Below are positions 37,228 through 42,965 of a stretch of 42,965 nt of DNA, one piece after another. Every line of letters starts with the position of its first letter. Position 1 is the first letter of the stretch. Both the position numbers and the translations under genes were made by a program. Source of the stretch: an uncultured Pseudomonadota bacterium (GTDB lineage Bacteria; SAR324; XYD2-FULL-50-16). Under the pieces are notes generated by a model. It saw only the letters and a list, made by a program, of their open reading frames with translations, searched no databases and was not told where the DNA came from. The stretch covers positions 1 through 42,965 of the forward strand of contig CAZJUM010000001.1 in NCBI GenBank assembly GCA_964549175.1, given 5' to 3'.

Positions 37228-38181
37228 TTATCCATTTTTTAATGCTTCCGTTAGGGCCGGGACAACTTCGAAAAGGTCACCAATAATACCATAATCGCAT
37301 TTTTCAAAAATTGGCGCATCCTTGTCTGTGTTTATAGCGACGATTACCTTGGCTGTTTTCATACCGGCAAAATGCTGAACCGAACCGGAAAGACCGCAAC
37401 CAATATAGAGTTTGGGACTCACCGTTTTTCCTGTCTGTCCGACTTGCATGGAATGGGGGGCCAATCCCGCATCAACCGCTGCTCTGGAAGCACCGACCGC
37501 GCCATCCATGGTTTTTGCGCAAGCTTCTAGAATCTTGAAGTTTTCTGCTGATTCAATGGGGCGTCCACCGGTGACGATAACATTCGCTTCACTCAAGTCC
37601 ACTTTAGTTGAAGTCGCTTTTTTCACTTCCACAATCCTCATTAATCCGGGATCATCTACTGTCGCGTCAAAAGAGGATACTGCGACTGTGCTTGGGGTTT
37701 CCTTTTCCTCAATAGAATTAGGGCGGATACCACACAATAAGAAATCAGGAGAAAGCTTCACTGTCGCGTAAGTTTTACCGGAAAAATGAGATTTGAGAAT
37801 CGAATTGTCGTTAAAATTAACTTGAATGCAATCCAGAGCCAGTGGCACATTCATAAATGCCGCCGTTCTGGCCAAAATATCTCTTCCTCTGGCACTGGAA
37901 ACGCCAATAATACCATTTAGCTTTTGATCTTTTGCCAATTCGCTCAGAGCACGAGCTTGTAAATCAGGGCTTGAAGCGAGGTCGGAACCGCTTACAGTCA
38001 ATTGAATAGCAGCTTTCGCGCCGAAGGTGCCTACTTCATCTTTGTTTTGTTCAGCGTCGCCTTCCGGAAAAATTGCGACGACTTCGTTCGCGCCGTCAGC
38101 CGATGCTGCTGTAAGCACGCCATGATTGACGCTTTTTGCTTCGTTGTTTTCTATTTCGATAATAACGCCTATTTTAGCCAT
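37228..38181 (-). CDS. etfA: electron transfer flavoprotein subunit alpha
   Basis: GASRAAVDAGLAPHSMQVGQTGKTVSPKLYIGCGLSGSVQHFAGM FAD-binding signature. 317 aa. Confidence 0.9.
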   Translation of the reverse strand: MAKIGVIIEIENNEAKSVNHGVLTAASADGANEVVAIFPEGDAEQNKDEVGTFGAKAAIQLTVSGSDLASSPDLQARALSELAKDQKLNGIIGVSSARGRDILARTAAFMNVPLALDCIQVNFNDNSILKSHFSGKTYATVKLSPDFLLCGIRPNSIEEKETPSTVAVSSFDATVDDPGLMRIVEVKKATSTKVDLSEANVIVTGGRPIESAENFKILEACAKTMDGAVGASRAAVDAGLAPHSMQVGQTGKTVSPKLYIGCGLSGSVQHFAGMKTAKVIVAINTDKDAPIFEKCDYGIIGDLFEVVPALTEALKNG

Positions 38182-38234
38182 TTTTTATTCTCCCAAGGTA
38201 TTTGAAAAAGGGATCATTCTCCCGCGCATTATTA

Positions 38235-39008
38235 TTAGATTACTTTCTCTTCTTCTTTAAGAATTCTGACAAGATTCCGCACAGCATCCTGAACGTCGCC
38301 ATCGATTATTTTCGCGGCCGTTCGTTCTTTGACGTTTTCCAATTTAACCAGTTCAGCGACAGGACCTTCGACACTGATGCCTAATTCGGAAATGTCCATC
38401 TCTTTAACTTCTTTCTTTTTGGCTTTCAAAATATCGGGAAGTTTTGGATAACGTGGTTCGTTTAACCCTCTTGTCGTGCCAATTACGCAAGGTGTTTTCA
38501 TTTCGATCACTTGTCGGTTTCCACCCTCAATTTCTCTTTCGACCACGACTTTGCCATTTCCCAGTGTCATTGCGTTCACCTCATTGGCCACCGGGATATT
38601 AAACGCGCTGGCCAGTCGGTATTGTGTTTGCAGCCCTTCACTATCGACAGAGGCTTTTCCCATGAAAATCAAATCTGCGGGGCCGTCGTTCTCGATCGCT
38701 TTTTTCAATGCCAGAGCGATGGTCGCGCTATCCAGAAAATAATTGTCGTTTTTTACCAAAATTCCTCGATGGGCTCCCATCGCCAAAGCACTTCTAACAG
38801 AGGCAATTGCCCCACCGGCACCAATAGTCACAATAATGACTTCACCTTGACCGGCGTTTTTTACTATGGTGATCGCTTCTTCAATCGCGTACTCGTCATA
38901 AGGATTGACAACAAATCTGCACCCTTTGCTTTCAAAATCATTTTCACCGGCGACCTTTATATTAACCGCGGTGTCCGGAACATGTTTTACGCAAACATAA
39001 ATATTCAT
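38235..39008 (-). CDS. etfB: electron transfer flavoprotein subunit beta
   Basis: MNIYVCVKHVPDT...VNPYDEYAIEEA...GKASVDSEG N-terminal EtfB pattern. 257 aa, directly upstream of etfA. Confidence 0.9.
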   Translation of the reverse strand: MNIYVCVKHVPDTAVNIKVAGENDFESKGCRFVVNPYDEYAIEEAITIVKNAGQGEVIIVTIGAGGAIASVRSALAMGAHRGILVKNDNYFLDSATIALALKKAIENDGPADLIFMGKASVDSEGLQTQYRLASAFNIPVANEVNAMTLGNGKVVVEREIEGGNRQVIEMKTPCVIGTTRGLNEPRYPKLPDILKAKKKEVKEMDISELGISVEGPVAELVKLENVKERTAAKIIDGDVQDAVRNLVRILKEEEKVI

Positions 39009-39439
39009 AATTTGACCCTTGATAAATATCTCGAAATATAAATAAAAAGCCCTGTTCGAAGTGCTTTCAGTTAATTGTAAATCCTGTTATCGCACGCTTA
39101 AAGATAACAATCCGTATACAGAAATACCAATGCCATTATCCTATTTAAGAGAATTTAAATATTCAAGACTATTCATTAAGAGGCACCAAATAGTTCCGGG
39201 TTACATTACAAACCTTGCAAAAAAAAGGAATCGAGAGGGTGGAAAAGTATAATAAAATAAGATGACAAGATATTGATATAAATGGCTTGACAAAACTGAT
39301 AACTTCCAAAAAACGCATTTTGAACATAAAAAAAATCCAATCCGGGCGTTATCAACCATGGAAGATAAGAATTACCGCAGACCGGAGAATAAGGAAAGCG
39401 ACGAACGAATCATCATTGAAGATATCTCAAAAATGATAT

Positions 39440-39700
39440 GATCATCGATTCACGAGGATCAACACGATCTTGGTTCATTAGAGAATTTATTGACACCTTT
39501 TCTTGATAAGATTCGAAAGCAGACGACCGATGTCACTAGTGGCGCCATCGAAAGCGCTCACCGAACCTTGACTCGGTTTCGTATGAAACAGGCTGGTATG
39601 CATTGGAAAAAAAACGCAATCCATGGTTTCGTTTCGGGCACGGGATCAATCGGGAAAATAGGATAACTTGTCCAACAAGCATCTTAAGAAGGTGGCATGA
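39440..39700 (+). pseudogene. ISKra4-like transposase remnant, C-terminal part
   Basis: Translation gives ..DVTSGAIESAHRTLTRFRMKQAGMHWKKN.. then (frameshift in an A8 run) ..MVSFRARDQSGK... This matches the GSGxVESANKxxVxxRLKxxGMxW....MLxLR block I recall for ISKra4-type transposases. Several frameshifts and stops. Confidence 0.5.
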
Positions 39701-39900
39701 TCATGTTATGATGAACATGATCGCTTTTGGCTTTTTATTGCCGGAAAAGCTTCGGGATAAAAAAAGTTCTGGGTTGACCCTCCCATTGATGCGATAGTTG
39801 ATTCAAAAGCTCTTATTGAAATGGAATGGCAGATGTCCGATTCACGACAGAAAAACTAAAATCAAGCACATAACAGAATTTACTCAACGTGGTATTAGGT
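39686..39900 (+). pseudogene. IS701-like transposase remnant, extreme C-terminus
   Basis: RRWHDHVMMNMIAFGFLLPEKLRDKKSSGLTLPLMR*LIQKLLLKWNGRCPIHDRK resembles the GWHHHxxLxxLAxxFL....LTLPxxRRLL......CPxC tail of IS701-family transposases. One in-frame stop. Abuts the ISKra4-like fragment. Confidence 0.4.
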
Positions 39901-39938
39901 CTATTTTGCCAAAAAATAACTTTGACTCAAAGTGTCAA

Positions 39939-41336
39939 CTACTCTCGGGCGTTAGTGAAATATCCCCAATTTTTGATAATCCTTTTAATTTCTTCTTGGT
40001 TGGGTGGTGCTGCTAAATATTTGGTTTCTTTGTGATTGAGGGCCTCAATGGCTTTTGGAATGGGAAAAGTTTTATGACAGGCTTGTTCCACCGTATCCTT
40101 AAATTTAGCGGGATGAGCCGGCGATAAACAAATAACATTTTCATAGTCAGATTCATTTGCCGCGACAACTCCTGTGGCTGTGTGGGGATCTATAAACAAA
40201 CCATGCTCCGCGTGTTCGCGAATGCAATTGATAGTTTGTTCCGAGTCCACTCGCATCGGTAGAAAATAAGTTCGCGCGCGCTTCAACTGAGAAGTGCTAA
40301 GTTTAAATTGTCCCGACTCTTTTAATGCTGTCATTTTACCTTTAACTTCATTCCCATCCTTACCCAGTAAATCAAATAAAAAACGCTCAAAATTACTGGC
40401 GACTTGGATGTCCATAGCAGGACTTAATGAGGTAAATACATCTTGAATTTCATAGACTCCGGTCGTAAGTGTACGATAAAGGATATCGTTTTCATTGGTA
40501 GCCAGTATCAGTTTCTTTATTGGCAATCCCATTTGACCTGCCAAATATCCCGCATATATATTCCCAAAATTACCCGTCGGAACAGAAAAATAAAGGGGGG
40601 TCTCAGGATATTTGTTCCAAAGTCGAAAGGCGGAATAAAAGTAATATACCACTTGAGCCATAACTCGAGCCCAATTAATTGAATTGACGGTTCCGAGCTT
40701 GTATTGATCTTTAAACTCCAAGTCACTAAATATTTCTTTGATAATCCTCTGCCCATCATCAAATGTTCCCTGAATTGCGATATTGATAACATTTTCATCC
40801 AACACGGAAGTCATCTGTTTTTCCTGGATGGCGCTAATTTTTCCTTTCGGATGGAGCATAAAAATATTAATTCCTCTTTTACCACGTACTCCATAAATCG
40901 CAGCACTTCCGGTATCCCCTGAAGTTGCCCCTAAAATGTTTAATTGCCTTTTTTCTTTCTGCAATATCTTTTCGAACAGCTTAGCTAAAAATTGTAATGC
41001 AACATCTTTAAAAGCGTATGTCGGTCCGTGATAAAGCTCAAGAATTGAAAAGCCATCATGAAAAGTCAAAGGTGTTATGTTTGGATGCGAAAAAGTAGAA
41101 TAGCTTTCGCCTACTAGTTTTCGCAAATCCGTATCACTGAACTCTCCATCAATAAAGGGATGAAATAATTGAAACGCAAGATCCTGATAAGACAAAGTCT
41201 TAAATTGTTTTAAATGATCCGAAAAATCAGGCAAGGTTTCGGGAACAAACAAACCACCATCTCGAGATAATCCTTCAAGAACAGCATTTGTAAAACTTAG
41301 ACTGTCGGACGCTTCCCTGGTACTTAAGTATTTCAT
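39939..41336 (-). CDS. thrC: threonine synthase
   Basis: 465 aa. HGPTYAFKDVALQ PLP-lysine motif and the ATSGDTGSAA glycine-rich loop of long-form ThrC. Confidence 0.9.
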   Translation of the reverse strand: MKYLSTREASDSLSFTNAVLEGLSRDGGLFVPETLPDFSDHLKQFKTLSYQDLAFQLFHPFIDGEFSDTDLRKLVGESYSTFSHPNITPLTFHDGFSILELYHGPTYAFKDVALQFLAKLFEKILQKEKRQLNILGATSGDTGSAAIYGVRGKRGINIFMLHPKGKISAIQEKQMTSVLDENVINIAIQGTFDDGQRIIKEIFSDLEFKDQYKLGTVNSINWARVMAQVVYYFYSAFRLWNKYPETPLYFSVPTGNFGNIYAGYLAGQMGLPIKKLILATNENDILYRTLTTGVYEIQDVFTSLSPAMDIQVASNFERFLFDLLGKDGNEVKGKMTALKESGQFKLSTSQLKRARTYFLPMRVDSEQTINCIREHAEHGLFIDPHTATGVVAANESDYENVICLSPAHPAKFKDTVEQACHKTFPIPKAIEALNHKETKYLAAPPNQEEIKRIIKNWGYFTNARE

Positions 41337-41432
41337 TTTGTATTATCCGCGCAGTGGGTTAATAAATGGATATGATTAAGAGATATCAATCCGCTATTCC
41401 GTCTTATATCCGCGTATTCCATTGGCATCTCT

Positions 41433-42587
41433 TTATTTTTGTCTTATGTAAAGCAGCTCTTTTATTGATTTAAAATCGTAATTGGTTTTCGTATAACTAA
41501 AGAGTCCGGCGAGAATTGCCAGCACAAGGGGAATATAAAGAACAACCGGGTGAGCTTTGCCTTCGCTAAGTAGTATCCTGAATCTTGAAAATAAAGAAAA
41601 GTAAACGATAATCATGCCCAGCATATATAAAAATCGCGCTGTTTTAGGCGTTCTTGGATTGAACATACCCGTTGGTAAAGCGAATAAAGCAAAACTTATA
41701 CAAGACAAAAATGTAACTATACGACTGTGAAACTCATCTACCAAACCAAAATACTCGATTGAATCAGGGGGGTGTTGTTTCATCTTTTCAAATAATTCAC
41801 CTACAGTCATTACCATATCAGTTGTACCAAGTTTGCCACTTTTTTTCCTAAATCGTTGTGGTAAACCGCTCAGGTCTTTCCCCGGAGGGGCCAAGTCATA
41901 TGATAGATGTTTAAAATGAATAATTGAGTATTCCTGGCCTTCTCCGGATGAGTGGATCTTTCCATAATCAAGCAATAGGTCAATTTTTTTCTCTTTTTCG
42001 TCAAACCGAATAGTCCCCGATTTGGCTTCAATGTATGATTTGCTCTTTTTAAGATTCCAATTAGAAATAAAAATACCCTGTAGTTGATCGTCTTCAATTT
42101 TAGATACGTAAATCATTTTTTGCCCCAAAAAATGATTAATTCGCCCCTCAATTAAATTGATTTTGGTTTGCTTTTTTAAAATGTTAAATTTCAAAATATC
42201 AAGATTTCTGAGTGCCAAGGGACTTAACCAAAACGTCTGAATCATAACAAAAACAGCAACCGCGAGTGAGAGAAACAACACAGGTGCGAATATCAACTTT
42301 AGAGACATTCCCGCAGCTCGCATAGCGATCAATTCACTATCTGATGAAACCCGGTATATCCCGACATAAACAGCGATCATCATTCCTATGGGCATAGCTA
42401 TCATCATGATTGTTGGAAGGGAGTATAAAATCATTAAAAAAACAGACCGTATCTCGATTCCTGAAGTCTGTAAAAAAGGAATGAATTTGTATATTTGATC
42501 CATTAAAAGAATGGAGGCTATAACTCCAACCGCCAATAGCAGGGGAAACAAAAATTCCTTTATAAAATAGCTGAATAAGATCATCAA
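41433..42587 (-). CDS. LPS export ABC transporter permease, LptF/LptG family (YjgP/YjgQ)
   Basis: 384 aa. MMILFSYFIKEFLFPLLLAVGV N-terminus, 3 TM, periplasmic beta-jellyroll region, then 3 TM. I cannot separate LptF from LptG by eye. Confidence 0.8.
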   Translation of the reverse strand: MMILFSYFIKEFLFPLLLAVGVIASILLMDQIYKFIPFLQTSGIEIRSVFLMILYSLPTIMMIAMPIGMMIAVYVGIYRVSSDSELIAMRAAGMSLKLIFAPVLFLSLAVAVFVMIQTFWLSPLALRNLDILKFNILKKQTKINLIEGRINHFLGQKMIYVSKIEDDQLQGIFISNWNLKKSKSYIEAKSGTIRFDEKEKKIDLLLDYGKIHSSGEGQEYSIIHFKHLSYDLAPPGKDLSGLPQRFRKKSGKLGTTDMVMTVGELFEKMKQHPPDSIEYFGLVDEFHSRIVTFLSCISFALFALPTGMFNPRTPKTARFLYMLGMIIVYFSLFSRFRILLSEGKAHPVVLYIPLVLAILAGLFSYTKTNYDFKSIKELLYIRQK

Positions 42588-42788
42588 ACTTTAATGATAG
42601 AGTATACTCATATGATGCGGGTAACTTTTTCCCGCTTCCCTATAGGCTCTTCTTGATAATGATTAGAGTCGTTTTGAGGAAATCCGTCCGCTGATTCGCG
42701 ATCAAATAACTCATTGGTTTCGCGATGCCATCGCCTTTCGGCACGACCAAAGGCAGTGAGGGTGGTACGGGCTTGAATATGTTGATTG

Positions 42789-42817
42789 TGTATATTTTGT
42801 TGAACCAATCGTGTCAA
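42789..42817 (-). promoter_or_regulatory. candidate sigma-70 promoter for the lptF/G-thrC transcription unit
   Basis: On the minus strand: TTGACA (42817-42812), a 17-nt spacer, then TATACA (42794-42789). This would give a leader of about 195 nt before the lptF/G start. Confidence 0.4.
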
Positions 42818-42965
42818 AGTTCTCGCGGTGCTGGTTTTTTATTGAAGTGATGTTAAACAAATTTTGGGGTATCTATTCAGAACTCATTAAAAAAGTGCAA
42901 AAAAGTTCACTTTTTACTTGACAAGGTTTTTGAGGGATTTTTGTTTTTCGCGAACCCCTGATCGC

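Noticed and set aside
42608-42817. 69-aa minus-strand ORF upstream of lptF/G
   Set aside because: TTG start coincides with a -35 hexamer. H/Q/R/N-rich composition and no motif. Treated as probable leader RNA; kept only as an open question in the findings.
1-42965. Defence islands, toxin-antitoxin pairs, retron/DGR reverse transcriptases, prophage or integrase genes, rRNA/tRNA genes
   Set aside because: None of the ORFs or gaps shows the corresponding motifs. The only mobile-DNA signals are dead transposase fragments and MITEs.

Overview
AT-rich (roughly 38-40% GC by eye) chromosomal window from a Gram-negative (diderm) bacterium, standard genetic code. It is mostly housekeeping. Envelope genes: SurA-like PPIase, LpoA-like TPR/binding-protein fusion, hflKC, mltG, an LptF/G permease. 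Also coaBC, a ribosomal cluster (rplY-pth, rpsF-rpsR-rplI), and a type II secretion pseudopilin operon (gspGHIJK) with gspM/gspN-like genes 6 kb away on the opposite strand. Further along: Lrp/AsnC and Crp/Fnr regulators, an ABC-2 exporter, an RND efflux pair, two-subunit xanthine dehydrogenase (xdhAB), hisC, an etfBA plus membrane Fe-S oxidoreductase module, and thrC. I found no rRNA, tRNA or CRISPR array, and no recognisable defence, toxin-antitoxin, retron, DGR or prophage module. I cannot support a claim that a novel multi-gene system is present. What the gene list does not explain is a dense layer of decayed mobile DNA. (1) A ~229-bp MITE-like element built from GTCATTCCC..GGGAAT-type hairpin modules occurs in three copies, two of them inverted around coaBC. 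(2) There are at least five dead DDE-transposase fragments from several families (IS4-like, IS256-like x2, ISKra4-like, IS701-like), each sitting at an operon boundary. One abuts the gspK stop codon, and the geometry fits an inversion that split an ancestral gspG-K-M-N operon. Other items worth checking: a Crp/Fnr regulator frameshifted in an A9 tract just before its HTH, a 37-codon hydrophobic ORF followed by an orphan terminator, a CGTAATTA repeat cluster, and a long leader upstream of the lptF/G-thrC operon. All family assignments come from motif recognition by eye, not from searches.
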